NCBI GenBank assembly: GCA_937907455.1
Contig: CALESQ010000120.1
Location: 35,447 to 99,446, forward strand
Reading direction: 5' to 3'
Length of the DNA: 64,000 nucleotides
DNA from: an uncultured Caldilineales bacterium
Lineage (GTDB): Bacteria; Chloroflexota; Anaerolineae; JAAEKA01
A program made the position numbers and the translations under genes. Below the pieces are notes generated by a model. That model searched no databases, was not told the origin of the DNA, and saw only the letters and a program-made list of their open reading frames with translations. Shown here piece after piece: positions 42,197-51,895 of the stretch; positions within the stretch are counted from its first letter, which is position 1; each line of letters opens with the position of its first letter.

Positions 42197-43885
42197 ATGT
42201 CTATAGGTTCCGTGCAATCCCCCCCGATCTGGCTTTATGACACCACTCTGCGCGATGGCACGCAAGGTGAGGGCGTTAACTTTTCCTGCGAAGACAAGCT
42301 GCGCATCAGCCGCAAGCTGGACGACCTCGGCATTCACTACATCGAGGGCGGTTGGCCTGGCTCCAATCCCAAAGACATCGAATACTTCGAGCGCGCCCGT
42401 CACGAACTCAAATTGCGCACTGCGCGCGTGGTGGCTTTTGGCAGCACTGTGAAGGCGCACACCGACCCGGCTGACGATTCTCAAATGCGTCTGCTGGTAG
42501 ATGCGGCCACGCCTGTCATCTGCATTTTTGGCAAAACGTGGGATTTGCATGTGCATGAGGTGCTGCGCACTACCCTGGACGAGAATTTGCGCATGATCGG
42601 CGCCAGCGCGGCCTATCTCAAAGCGCACACCGGTGAATTTATCTACGACGCCGAGCATTTCTTCGATGGCTACAAAGCCAATCCCGATTATGCCCTGGAG
42701 ACGCTGAAGGCCGCCGCCGACAACGGCGCCGATGCGTTGGTGCTGTGTGATACCAATGGCGGCAGCTTGTATTGGGAAGTGGGTGAGATCGTCACAGCCG
42801 TGCGCGCTTCGCTGGAGCGCATGGGCTATCGCGGGGTATTGGGGATTCACACCCATAACGATGGCGATGTCGGCGTGGCGAACGCGTTGGAGGCGATCCG
42901 CCGCGGAGCCACCCACGTTCAGGGTACTATCAACGGCTACGGCGAACGCTGCGGCAACAGCAACTTAAACAGCATCATCGCCAATCTTAAATTGAAGATG
43001 GGGCTGGATGCTATCAGCGAGCAGCAATTGGCGCACCTGCACGAGACCGCCCATTTTGTGGCTGAGTTGGCTAACCTGCAACTACCCTCGCACATGGCTT
43101 TTGTAGGACGTTCTGCTTTCGCTCATAAGGGCGGCACGCACGTCAATGCTGTGGTAAAGTTGGAGCGCAGCTATCAGCACATCACTCCGCAGCTTGTGGG
43201 CAACCAAAAGCGTATTGTGGTCAGTGAGCTGAGCGGCAAGGATAATATTGCGGTCAAGCGCGAAGAATTTGGCCTGCATGATCTGAGCAAGGAGCAAGAG
43301 CGCGGCGTGCTGGCGCGCATCAAGGAGCTGGAGAACCACGGTTTCGCCTTTGAGGGTGCCGAAGGCTCGGTGGCCCTGCTGCTGCGCCGCTTGCAGCCCG
43401 GCTATCAGCCCCCGTTTGAGCTGTTGCGCTACAAAGTGGTCGTGGAGCACATGAACGGCAAGGCGCACAATGGCTTGGTGGGCGATCATACCAGCGCAAT
43501 GCCGACTGACATGGCCTATGATCCCTCAGCCTGGTTTGTAGAGGCCACGGTGAAGGTGAAGGTGGGCGGCCAGATCTTTCACACCGCAGCCGAGGGCAAC
43601 GGTCCTGTGAACGCATTGGACCTGGCGCTACGCAAGGCCATTTTGCAGTTCTATCCCCAATTGGTGGATGTAAATCTGGTGGACTACAAGGTGCGCATTC
43701 TGGATAGCCACGCAGCCACTGGTGCTATTGTGCGCGTGCTGATCGAATCAACCAACGGTCACGCCCGCTGGAGTACCGTGGGTGCCAGCAGCAACATCAT
43801 CGAAGCCAGTTGGCAAGCTCTGGCCGATAGCGTGGAATACGCGCTGCTGGGTATGGCCGGGGAGCAGGCGGGGAGTGACAGGTAA
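42197..43885 (+). CDS. cimA: (R)-citramalate synthase (Geobacter/Leptospira-type CimA, LeuA paralog)
   Basis: YDTTLRDGTQGEG, IHYIEGGWPGSNPKD, YDAEHFFDGYKANPDYA, TINGYGERCGN, AFAHKGGTHV, TAAEGNGPVNALD motifs characteristic of the CimA clade. Confidence 0.75.
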   Translation: MSIGSVQSPPIWLYDTTLRDGTQGEGVNFSCEDKLRISRKLDDLGIHYIEGGWPGSNPKDIEYFERARHELKLRTARVVAFGSTVKAHTDPADDSQMRLLVDAATPVICIFGKTWDLHVHEVLRTTLDENLRMIGASAAYLKAHTGEFIYDAEHFFDGYKANPDYALETLKAAADNGADALVLCDTNGGSLYWEVGEIVTAVRASLERMGYRGVLGIHTHNDGDVGVANALEAIRRGATHVQGTINGYGERCGNSNLNSIIANLKLKMGLDAISEQQLAHLHETAHFVAELANLQLPSHMAFVGRSAFAHKGGTHVNAVVKLERSYQHITPQLVGNQKRIVVSELSGKDNIAVKREEFGLHDLSKEQERGVLARIKELENHGFAFEGAEGSVALLLRRLQPGYQPPFELLRYKVVVEHMNGKAHNGLVGDHTSAMPTDMAYDPSAWFVEATVKVKVGGQIFHTAAEGNGPVNALDLALRKAILQFYPQLVDVNLVDYKVRILDSHAATGAIVRVLIESTNGHARWSTVGASSNIIEASWQALADSVEYALLGMAGEQAGSDR

Positions 43886-43975
43886 CGAGCGAGAAGCGCA
43901 AAGGAAAAGTTCTCACCGCTGTCACTGCGAACGCAGTGAGGAGTCCCCTGCGCGCTGATGCAGTGGTTCTTTTGT

Positions 43976-44096
43976 CTTTAGTTTGCCCTCACCCCCGGCC
44001 CCTCTCCCAGGGGGAGAGGGGAGTGTCTGCTTTCCGGTTCTCTCCGCTTTCCGGTTCCCTCTTTTTCTGGTTCCCTCTCCCTTTGGGAGAGGGTTA
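43976..44096. repeat. REP/MITE-like palindromic element, copy B (with internal triplicated CTTTCCGGTTCCCTC sub-repeat)
   Basis: CCCTCACCCCCGGCCCCTCTCCCAGGGGGAGAGGGG ... GGGAGAGGGTTAGGGTGAGGG; between convergent cimA and membrane-protein gene. Confidence 0.6.
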
Positions 44097-44114
44097 GGGT
44101 GAGGGCTGCTTCCT

Positions 44115-44816
44115 TCACTTCCTCGTCCCCATCACCGTTTCACCACCGCGCACGCGGTCGCCTGGAGCCACCGCCAGGCGCATGCCCGCTGGTAGATACA
44201 ACCGCACCACGCCGCCCAATGCCAGATGGGCCGTCACCTGTCCCCTGCCGACAGCATCTTCCAGATCAACCAGTGCTGTAATTGGCTGCGCCATCCACGT
44301 TGGCAGCAACTGCCATTCCGCGCGCGCAGTGAGCTGCATCAGCACACGTGTGCCTTGCGGCTGGCGAATGCCTAACCACAGGCTTTCCCCCACCGTTGTT
44401 GGCTGTTCCGGGGAGACAAGCTCCAGACACCGGTACTGCACGGCCCCCTGACCGGGCGCGCGCACCAGCGGCACATCACCCAGGTTGATGCGAATGGTCA
44501 CCTGTTGAGCAGGCGCGTGCAAAAAGCGTTCTTCCTGCTGAATTGAAATTGTTTGTACCGTGCCATCGCAAGGGGCCAGAATGGCATCTTCTACCGCTGG
44601 AATGCGCCGCGGTGGGTTGCGGAATACCCAGAAAACACCGGCTAATCCGGTCAAGCTGGCTGCTGCTGCCAAGAAGCGCCCTGCAGATTTGCGGCGCAGC
44701 CAGCGCAGCAGCGTTGCGGCGCTGGCACTGCCTAGCAGTGCTACCAGGCCACCGGCGCGCTCCAGCGCGCTGATACGTTCTTCGGGCAGGGGAACCGGGA
44801 CAAATGATTGCTTCAT
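44115..44816 (-). CDS. hypothetical membrane protein (possible phosphatidylserine decarboxylase-related)
   Basis: start placed at MKQSFVPVPLPEER; two N-terminal TM helices; PCDGTV motif weakly Psd-like. Confidence 0.35.
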   Translation of the reverse strand: MKQSFVPVPLPEERISALERAGGLVALLGSASAATLLRWLRRKSAGRFLAAAASLTGLAGVFWVFRNPPRRIPAVEDAILAPCDGTVQTISIQQEERFLHAPAQQVTIRINLGDVPLVRAPGQGAVQYRCLELVSPEQPTTVGESLWLGIRQPQGTRVLMQLTARAEWQLLPTWMAQPITALVDLEDAVGRGQVTAHLALGGVVRLYLPAGMRLAVAPGDRVRGGETVMGTRK

Positions 44817-44952
44817 CGTGATGACATAGAAAAAATAGACAAAAAACGCCGAAAGCATTACACTGGTTTTTCGTGCTGAACTACAGGCAGATTATGGCAC
44901 AGCCCCGCGGGGCTGTCAATCTGTTCGCTGCCACAGAAAGACCAATCTTGCT

Positions 44953-45633
44953 ATGACGATTTCCAGCCAGACGGCAGATGTTGCCGCATTTTTTGATATG
45001 GATAAAACCTTGCTTAGCGACAGCTCGGTGCTGTTGCTGGCGCGCTACATGCGCAGCCGTGGCGAGCTGTCATGGAGCGAAGTTCGCATCATTTTGAAAG
45101 ATGTATTGCGCTACAAGCTGGGTCAACTGGACTTGCCCGAAGCTACCCGGCGCTACGTGGAAAAAATTGCTGGTCATCTCGAAGCTGACCGCATCGCTCA
45201 TTCACACCAATGGTTTCAGGATCACCTTATCCATTACGTGGCTGCAGAAGGGCGTCGCTGGATCGAGGAGCATCGCCGCAACGGCCATCGCGTAGCCCTG
45301 ATCACCGCATCGCCCACCTATACCGCCGATCAACTCGCTCGACACCTCAGCATCGAGCCGGAAGATGTGATGGCGACGCGTTTTGAGGTTGAGGATGGGC
45401 GCTTCACTGGCCGCGTGCTGGAGCCGATGGTCTACGGCCAGGGTAAGTTGCAGGCTGCCCGCGCCTATGCGGCCCGTTTCGGGGTAGACCTGGCGCGCAG
45501 TTACTTCTACACCGACAGCATCGAAGATTTGCCTTTGCTGGAGCGCATCGGCAACCCGGTGGCAGTGAATCCTGACCGTCCATTGCGCAAGCTGGCTAAA
45601 GCGCGCGGCTGGGCGATCCAACGCTTTTATTGA
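44953..45633 (+). CDS. HAD-IB family hydrolase
   Basis: FFDMDKTL DxDxT motif; 226 aa. Confidence 0.65.
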   Translation: MTISSQTADVAAFFDMDKTLLSDSSVLLLARYMRSRGELSWSEVRIILKDVLRYKLGQLDLPEATRRYVEKIAGHLEADRIAHSHQWFQDHLIHYVAAEGRRWIEEHRRNGHRVALITASPTYTADQLARHLSIEPEDVMATRFEVEDGRFTGRVLEPMVYGQGKLQAARAYAARFGVDLARSYFYTDSIEDLPLLERIGNPVAVNPDRPLRKLAKARGWAIQRFY

Positions 45634-45655
45634 TAGCGAAGTGCTGAGCGGGGTA

Positions 45656-48600
45656 TCAAGGCATGCTGGCGGCCATCAGCGGCAGGTATACCCGTCCGCA
45701 GGCATTCGTCCAGCCTGGGGTAGGCACGAACAAATAGCCCCAGGGGTCGCTGTTCAGCGGGCAACGGCCATAGGCCACATCCCCGGTCTGCGCCGGAAAC
45801 ACCACACTATCCAACATCGTTACACTGTCCGGGTGAAAAAGCCCAACGGCTTCACCGGCCTTGTCCAGCTTGAAATTGGTATGGGTTGGCCCCTGGGTGG
45901 TCTCATCATCAGCCCAGAACAGCAGTGACTGGCCGGGGTTCAGCAGGATATCCGCCATGATTCTGAACTTGGTGGGGCGTTGCAGATTGTCGGTCAGCGA
46001 ATAGTTGCGCAGGTTAACCGTGGCCGTGCTGACATTCGTCACCTCGATCCAGTCGGGGAATTCGCCCGGATCGTCAGGGTCTTCAATGGTGTTTTCGTTG
46101 TCTGCCATGAACTCGGTGATCAGCACCGGTGAAGTTTGGAACCCTACGCGATACCTGTGCAGCAGTACCGGCGCGGCAAAGGGATCATACCCGGCGCGGC
46201 CATAATCATCCAGCACATGTAGATAATACGACACCACCGTGCCATTGCTTGCCGCGGGGATTTGTCCGCCATACAGCCCATCATTCGCCGCACCATCGCC
46301 GTGCAGTCCATCATCGTACAGCGTTGCCGATGTGGTGGGACGGCCCTGCGTGCCATAGAGGATGCTGGCTTGGCTGATCAGCCCGTCATCGGCCAGTCGC
46401 GCCGTGACCGTCACTACATCACCCGCCTGCGGCAGTGCCGGCGTCTGCTGTACCTGGCTGATGACAGGCGACAGCAGGCGGTTGGACTGTTCAGGGGTTG
46501 GTTGGTTGAAACGGAACCATTGACCGCTGTAATCAGGAAAGCGCGCCCAGGCCACATCCGCGCTTAATGCCGGATACGTGATGCTATCCAGCAGGGTGCT
46601 GCCATCGCGGTCAAACCAGTACAGCGTGCCGCCGTTTGCTGACAGCACGAAGTTCGTATGCTGGTTGCCTTGCTGCGGCTGGCCGTCGCCCCAAAACAGC
46701 AGCGTGCCCAGCGGAGCCATCTGCGTGCCTGTGGCGATCTGAAAGCGCGTTGGCTCGGAGCGGTTGTCGCTGAGGTAAGTTCCGCCGATGTCCACAGCAC
46801 GCAGACCCGCATTCACCAGCTCGAACCAGGGGTCATAGCGGCGATCTGCCGGATCGGGCAAGGTGCGGCTGTTGTAGGGCATCAGCTCATTTAGGCTGAG
46901 AAAGCGGCTTTGCGTTGGCATATAGGCGGGCAATGCAGCCTGCACAAAGTGGTTGCGTTGTTCTGCAAACGTGCGCATCGCCATCATGCTGGCGTTCATC
47001 ACAGCATAGTTCTCGCGGGTTGGCTTCCAGATATCGCGCACCGCATCAAACCAGATCTGCTGGCGGGCGGTCTCTACGCGCGCGGCCACTGCCTGCGGCG
47101 TCATCAGGGTAGCCATCAGCTCTTGCAGACGTTCACCGTAGTAGCGGCGATATTGCGGCACGGCTAGCAGGCGCGTTTGCAGCACATTGATCTCGGCATT
47201 GGCGCTGGGATGGGCGGCTGTACCGTAGTCCAGCGCTTGCACTGAATTGCCGAAAGACAGGTTGTTGTCCCACGGTAACATCTGCCAGCGTTTGCTGGCG
47301 GCGTTGTGGTAAAGCAGATATTGGTGAACGAAGTCCTGGTCAGCGATCAACGTTTTCAGCGCCAGATAGTCGAGAAAACTACGCACATCAAACACATCGC
47401 TGATGGTTGCAGCAAATTCATGCTCGGCGGTACGATTCACCACCGCAGCAAAGTCGTATAGCGCCTGCTGATTGCGTCCCTTCACGACCTGGTTGACGCA
47501 GTTGGGGTCACTGTCCAGACCGTCGTCGCATTTGAACACGTCGTCGTTGAGGGGGTCGCGCCCGGTGCGCTGCAAAAACGCGCTGTCGGGGTTCTCCACT
47601 GCAGTCAGCACGCCCAGGAATTGCCCGTTTAGCGCCAAATGCACAAATTGAGCTTGTTGCGGTTGCAAGCCCAGCGCCTCGAAAAGGTCGTAAACAATCT
47701 TGTCGCGCAGCAGCGTGGGATCGTAGCCTTCACCGTTGATCAACAACACGTTGCTGCCCCACATAGGCAGCGCTACGTTAGCTTCAAAACGCCATCCTTT
47801 TTTGTTGCTGGCGCGCGTGCTGCGTCCGCGGTATTGTGCGGTGGCGTCGTAGGTTACGCCCTGCCAGGTCAGATCGGCGGCCACTTTGTTGTCGGTGAAG
47901 GGGTCGCTGTATAGTCGAAACCAGTTGCTTAACGACAAGCTCAATTGCAGCACCGGCAGCGTGCTGACGCTGTGATCCACGGGTGTAGCGCAGGCAGGCG
48001 TGCTGCGTGGGCTGCTGTTGCCGTCTACATCTATTGCCATCACTGCGTAGCACACCGGCTGACCTACAGTGACAGCGCTGTCGAAATAGCGCGTCAGCGG
48101 GGTGAGGCTATCACTCACCGGCAGGAATGGCCCGGCGCTGCTGTTGGCGCGGTACACGCGATAGCCGGCCACATCTGCCGCAGTGGCGGCATCCCAGCTC
48201 ACCAGTGCCATGGCATAGCCTCCCAGCACCTCAAGCCCTTGTGGCTGCGCAGGAGCCTGCTGATCAGCACGGTGCGCCTCGATCCAGATTGCTGAAACCA
48301 GCGGTTGGGTGGCCGGTGCTGAAAAGGTGATGTCTAGTTGACCATCGGCTACCTGCGCGGCAAAGCGATAGCGCACCACATAATCGTGCTGGGCCAGGGC
48401 GTACAGGTCCAGGTTTTGGATCACCGGTTGCCCCTCGATCGCTACGCTGAAACTGGCTTGATTGGGGCCGTGGAAGCGCACCTCGGCCATGTGCAGCTCC
48501 ACCAGGTACAGGCCGTTGGGCACGGTGAAGCGATAAGCGGCCATGCCGGCGCGCGCGCTGCGGTACACGTCATCGTCTTCGGTGTTTTCCAGCGGCTCAA

Positions 48601-48928
48601 AGGAATAGTAGGTGCTTACGATTTCGCCGCCTTCGTAACCGCCTCCATCCAGGCCGTTGCGGGCATGGTCGGCATGCAGCCAGCGGCCATCGCCCAACGT
48701 CACGGCCTCGCCGCCACTGTTCAGGCCATAAGGCAGGCTGACGGGCGTATAGCTGGGGCGGCTGATTAGCGGCAGATAGACGCGGCAAGGCGATGTGCCG
48801 CCGCCGGTGCAGGTCGCACCTTGTGCAGCTATCGCTAGCGCGCCTGTCAGCCAGGCAGAAAGTGCCAGCAGTAGGCTGATCAAGCTGTAAAGCCCCCCGC
48901 GCACGATGCGATCAATTTGCGCGTTCAT
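45656..48928 (-). CDS. large secreted multidomain protein: CotH-like kinase domain, malectin-like and fibronectin-III-like modules, C-terminal lamin-tail domain(s)
   Basis: 1090 aa; signal peptide; NGEGYDPTLLRDKIVYDLFEALG...LNGQFLGVLTAVE CotH-like core; LITEFMADNENT...WIEVTNVSTATVNLRNYSL LTD motif. Confidence 0.5.
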   Translation of the reverse strand: MNAQIDRIVRGGLYSLISLLLALSAWLTGALAIAAQGATCTGGGTSPCRVYLPLISRPSYTPVSLPYGLNSGGEAVTLGDGRWLHADHARNGLDGGGYEGGEIVSTYYSFEPLENTEDDDVYRSARAGMAAYRFTVPNGLYLVELHMAEVRFHGPNQASFSVAIEGQPVIQNLDLYALAQHDYVVRYRFAAQVADGQLDITFSAPATQPLVSAIWIEAHRADQQAPAQPQGLEVLGGYAMALVSWDAATAADVAGYRVYRANSSAGPFLPVSDSLTPLTRYFDSAVTVGQPVCYAVMAIDVDGNSSPRSTPACATPVDHSVSTLPVLQLSLSLSNWFRLYSDPFTDNKVAADLTWQGVTYDATAQYRGRSTRASNKKGWRFEANVALPMWGSNVLLINGEGYDPTLLRDKIVYDLFEALGLQPQQAQFVHLALNGQFLGVLTAVENPDSAFLQRTGRDPLNDDVFKCDDGLDSDPNCVNQVVKGRNQQALYDFAAVVNRTAEHEFAATISDVFDVRSFLDYLALKTLIADQDFVHQYLLYHNAASKRWQMLPWDNNLSFGNSVQALDYGTAAHPSANAEINVLQTRLLAVPQYRRYYGERLQELMATLMTPQAVAARVETARQQIWFDAVRDIWKPTRENYAVMNASMMAMRTFAEQRNHFVQAALPAYMPTQSRFLSLNELMPYNSRTLPDPADRRYDPWFELVNAGLRAVDIGGTYLSDNRSEPTRFQIATGTQMAPLGTLLFWGDGQPQQGNQHTNFVLSANGGTLYWFDRDGSTLLDSITYPALSADVAWARFPDYSGQWFRFNQPTPEQSNRLLSPVISQVQQTPALPQAGDVVTVTARLADDGLISQASILYGTQGRPTTSATLYDDGLHGDGAANDGLYGGQIPAASNGTVVSYYLHVLDDYGRAGYDPFAAPVLLHRYRVGFQTSPVLITEFMADNENTIEDPDDPGEFPDWIEVTNVSTATVNLRNYSLTDNLQRPTKFRIMADILLNPGQSLLFWADDETTQGPTHTNFKLDKAGEAVGLFHPDSVTMLDSVVFPAQTGDVAYGRCPLNSDPWGYLFVPTPGWTNACGRVYLPLMAASMP

Positions 48929-48940
48929 TGTCCACCGCTT

Positions 48941-48985
48941 TTTTCCTGAAAAAAGCCCCTCGACGGCTTGAGCGACCGGAGGGGC
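48941..48985 (-). terminator. rho-independent terminator (minus strand) after small basic ORF / rpoD unit
   Basis: GCCCCTC...GAGGGGC hairpin followed (minus strand) by TTTTTT. Confidence 0.5.
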
Positions 48986-48991
48986 AGAAAG

Positions 48992-49279
48992 CTAGTTGCT
49001 TTTCCAGATGCGGAACGTGTAGCTAAACACGTTGGGATTGGCTGGCGGTGGCTCTACCGGCCGCGGGGCTCTTCCCAGTTTCAGATACGGTGACAGGTTG
49101 TCGTCCGGTGGCGGGGTGACGCTACGCGGATGGCGGCCAACTGTTTTGGTGGGTGTTGCCGCATGGTCTGTTTTGGCGGGTGCGTTCTTGCGGCGTTTGC
49201 GCCGTGGTACTCGCACCGGTGCTTTGGCGGGTGCTGCTGCTTCGTCAGCAGGTTTGTCGTTGGGTTTACGTCTTGGCAA
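48992..49279 (-). CDS. small basic Pro/Lys/Arg-rich hypothetical protein immediately downstream of rpoD
   Basis: 95-aa ORF, 9 nt after rpoD stop; low complexity; could be non-coding. Confidence 0.3.
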   Translation of the reverse strand: MPRRKPNDKPADEAAAPAKAPVRVPRRKRRKNAPAKTDHAATPTKTVGRHPRSVTPPPDDNLSPYLKLGRAPRPVEPPPANPNVFSYTFRIWKSN

Positions 49280-49287
49280 GGCAACCT

Positions 49288-50466
49288 CTACAGATAATCA
49301 CGTAACTGGCGGCTGCGGCTGGGATGGCGTAGTCGCGCCAACGCTTCCTGTTCGATCTGGCGAATGCGCTCGCGCGTCAGGCCGAACATCTCGCCAACTT
49401 CCTGCAAGGTATAGGTGTGTCCATCCAGCAGGCCATAGCGCAGGCGTAGAATGCGCTCTTCACGCGGTTGCAACGTATCCAGCAGGTCATCCAGCTTTTC
49501 GCGCAGCAGCGATTGTTCGGCACGTTCGGAAGGTTCGGGGCTGTCGTCATCTTCAATAAATTGCCCCAGCGTACTTTCTTCCTCTTCACCTACCGGCTGC
49601 TCCAGCGAGAGCGGGCGCACTGCAGTGCGCAGGTAGCGATGCACGCGCTCGGCGGGCAGATCCAGCGCCTCGGCCAGCTCTTCGGGGGTAGGCTCGCGGC
49701 CCAGGGTTTGTTCCATTTCCTGGCTGGTGCGGCGCAGTTTGAGCAGCTTTTCGCTCATGTGTACCGGCAGGCGGATGGTGCGGCCCTGGTCGGACACGGC
49801 ACGGCTGACCGCCTGGCGAATCCACCAAGTGGCGTAGGTGCTGAATTTGTAGCCGCGGTCAGGATCAAACTTGTCTACAGCACGCATCAAGCCCAGGTTG
49901 CCTTCCTGGATCAGGTCAAGGAAGGGCACACCGTGGCCGATGTAACGCTTGGCAACGCTGATCACCAGGCGGCTGTTCGATTCGATCATGCGGCGGCGGG
50001 CGCGTTGGCCCTGCTGAACAACGGTGTTGAGTTCGTTTTGGTCGTACGTTGCCACGTCGGTGGCGCGTGCCAAGCGGCGTGAGGCTTGCTTGCCGGCTAC
50101 CACGCGACCGGCCAGAATTTTTTCTTCTTCGGCTGTCAGCAGCGGGTGCGCGCCCATTTGCCGGAAGTACAGATCTACGGCATCGCGCGCTAAAGCCAAA
50201 TCATCCTCGTCTTTGGCAGAAATCACACGGCTGGGCGGCAGCTCAATCTCTTCTTCTGCTTCCTCTGCCTGATCCTGCACGGGAATATCCATTTCTCTCA
50301 GGCGGGCAAACAGATCTTCCAGCACATCGAGGCGTTCTTCAACCTCGGGCAGGGTTTCGAGGATTTCATCGTAGGTGATGTAGCCCTGCGCAGCCGCGCG
50401 TGCCATCAACTCGGCTAAGGTGTTGGCTTGTTCGTTGCTGTTTTCTGTGGGAGTCGCTTGGTCCAT
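49288..50466 (-). CDS. rpoD: RNA polymerase sigma-70 family factor (RpoD/SigA-like)
   Basis: 392 aa; regions 1.2-4 recognisable (YIGHGVPFLDLIQEGNLGLMRAVDKFD, TLQEVGEMFGLTRERIRQIE). Confidence 0.85.
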   Translation of the reverse strand: MDQATPTENSNEQANTLAELMARAAAQGYITYDEILETLPEVEERLDVLEDLFARLREMDIPVQDQAEEAEEEIELPPSRVISAKDEDDLALARDAVDLYFRQMGAHPLLTAEEEKILAGRVVAGKQASRRLARATDVATYDQNELNTVVQQGQRARRRMIESNSRLVISVAKRYIGHGVPFLDLIQEGNLGLMRAVDKFDPDRGYKFSTYATWWIRQAVSRAVSDQGRTIRLPVHMSEKLLKLRRTSQEMEQTLGREPTPEELAEALDLPAERVHRYLRTAVRPLSLEQPVGEEEESTLGQFIEDDDSPEPSERAEQSLLREKLDDLLDTLQPREERILRLRYGLLDGHTYTLQEVGEMFGLTRERIRQIEQEALARLRHPSRSRQLRDYL

Positions 50467-50708
50467 AAGTCCTTAGCAGACCGATCATCTGGTTTTACAG
50501 CCGCTGCCGGTAGGAGGAGTGCCGGAAAAACAACCGGGAACAGGCTAAAAGTGATTACGCAGCCATCCTGAAGCCAGGAGAGGCTGCGTGAGCTTGTACT
50601 GATGTGGAATGATCGTTCAGGTTTTGATTTTCGGGCGGCGGTGCCGCCCGGCAGGAGTTGCTTTGACTGCTCCCTTACATTGAATCGGTCGTCAATGTAA
50701 TCCTGTTC

Positions 50709-50737
50709 AGTATAACATGGAAAAAATGCTGTGTCAA
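50709..50737 (-). promoter_or_regulatory. consensus sigma70 promoter for rpoD (-35 TTGACA, 17 nt, -10 TATACT), about 235-nt 5' UTR
   Basis: minus-strand reading GTGTTGACACAGCATTTTTTCCATGTTATACTGAACAGG. Confidence 0.5.
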
Positions 50738-50811
50738 CACATTTTTTGCGGATTGTGTAGCGCCTCTCATTTCCTTTGAAGCTGCAATCTTCAAGCGCGC
50801 TGTGCCTGTCT

Positions 50812-50841
50812 TTGACAGCTTTAACAATGATGCGGTATAAT
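50812..50841 (+). promoter_or_regulatory. consensus sigma70 promoter (-35 TTGACA, 18 nt, -10 TATAAT) for S1-domain gene, divergent from rpoD promoter
   Basis: CTTTGACAGCTTTAACAATGATGCGGTATAATTTC. Confidence 0.5.
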
Positions 50842-50961
50842 TTCTGTCTGGCAGCAATTTTATTCTTTTTGAGATTCATGGTCACTTCTCATGCCGCAAC
50901 GGTACCCGCCCTGCGGCTTCACTATTCATGGCTGTGAATTTCCCTGCAGGAGGAAGCGCAA

Positions 50962-51825
50962 GTGACGTCAGTAGATAACAGCCCCGCCCTCGAACCGCAA
51001 GACCTGGAGTCTGCGGCTGTCGAGACTGCACCCTCGCCCGCACCGGCGACGAAAGAAAAAGGCCGGCACAAGGTTCAAACCTTGCCGCGCAAGAAAATCG
51101 TCAAGGTGCTCAGTGTCGGTATGGAAGTTACCGGCAAGGTCAAGCGAGTCTCTGAATACGGTGCGTTCGTAGACATTGGCGTGGGCCGCGATGGTTTACT
51201 TCATATCTCGGAACTCTCCACCAGCCGTGTGCGCAAAGTAGATGACATGGTCAAGGAAGGCGACGAGATCACCGCGTGGATCAAAGAGCTGGATCGCGAC
51301 AAGAATCGCATCAGCTTGACGATGATCGCACCGGGCACAAAAACCATCCGTGATTTGCAGGTTGGCGAATTGGTCACCGGCACCGTCCAACGGCTGACCA
51401 ACTACGGTGCGTTCGTAAACATCGGTTTGGAGCGCGACGCCATGTTGCACGTCAAGGAAATGGGTGATGGCTATGTGGCCAAGCCGGAAGACGTGGTCAA
51501 GGTCGGTGAAGAGATCGAAGCGCGCATCAGCGGTGTAGATGCCCGCCGCGGTCGCATTGACCTCAGCCTGAAGGGTCTGCGCGCCGCCGCTCCCGCGGTA
51601 GAGTCGTCTACAGCCGAGCGCGAAGAAGCCTACGCGCCTGGTGACGACGAAGAAGAGACCCTGCCCACGCTGATGGAGATGGCTTTTCGCCAGGCGTTGG
51701 ACGGCGACGATGGTGGCTTCCACGATGCCCCCGCCCGCGGCCGCAAGCAGAAGCGCCGCAGCAAGGGCCGCGACCGCTACGAGCAAGACGACATCATCAA
51801 TCGCACCCTGCGCTACCGAGGCTAG
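50962..51825 (+). CDS. S1 RNA-binding domain protein (two S1 domains, acidic/basic C-tail)
   Basis: GTG start with AGGAGG RBS; GKVKRVSEYGAFVDIG and GTVQRLTNYGAFVNIG S1 motifs. Confidence 0.65.
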   Translation: MTSVDNSPALEPQDLESAAVETAPSPAPATKEKGRHKVQTLPRKKIVKVLSVGMEVTGKVKRVSEYGAFVDIGVGRDGLLHISELSTSRVRKVDDMVKEGDEITAWIKELDRDKNRISLTMIAPGTKTIRDLQVGELVTGTVQRLTNYGAFVNIGLERDAMLHVKEMGDGYVAKPEDVVKVGEEIEARISGVDARRGRIDLSLKGLRAAAPAVESSTAEREEAYAPGDDEEETLPTLMEMAFRQALDGDDGGFHDAPARGRKQKRRSKGRDRYEQDDIINRTLRYRG

Positions 51826-51860
51826 TTCTGCCTCCTTGCTGCCATGCTCGTGTCAACAGC

Positions 51861-51895
51861 AAAAAGCTCCGGCCTTCGCGCCGGAGCTTTTTTAT
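51861..51895. terminator. bidirectional rho-independent terminator between convergent S1 gene and elp3-like gene
   Basis: AAAAAGCTCCGGCcttcgcGCCGGAGCTTTTTT. Confidence 0.6.

Noticed and set aside
50415-50885. 156-aa minus-strand ORF upstream of rpoD
   Set aside because: Overlaps rpoD start and lies in the promoter/leader region with lower GC; no homology.
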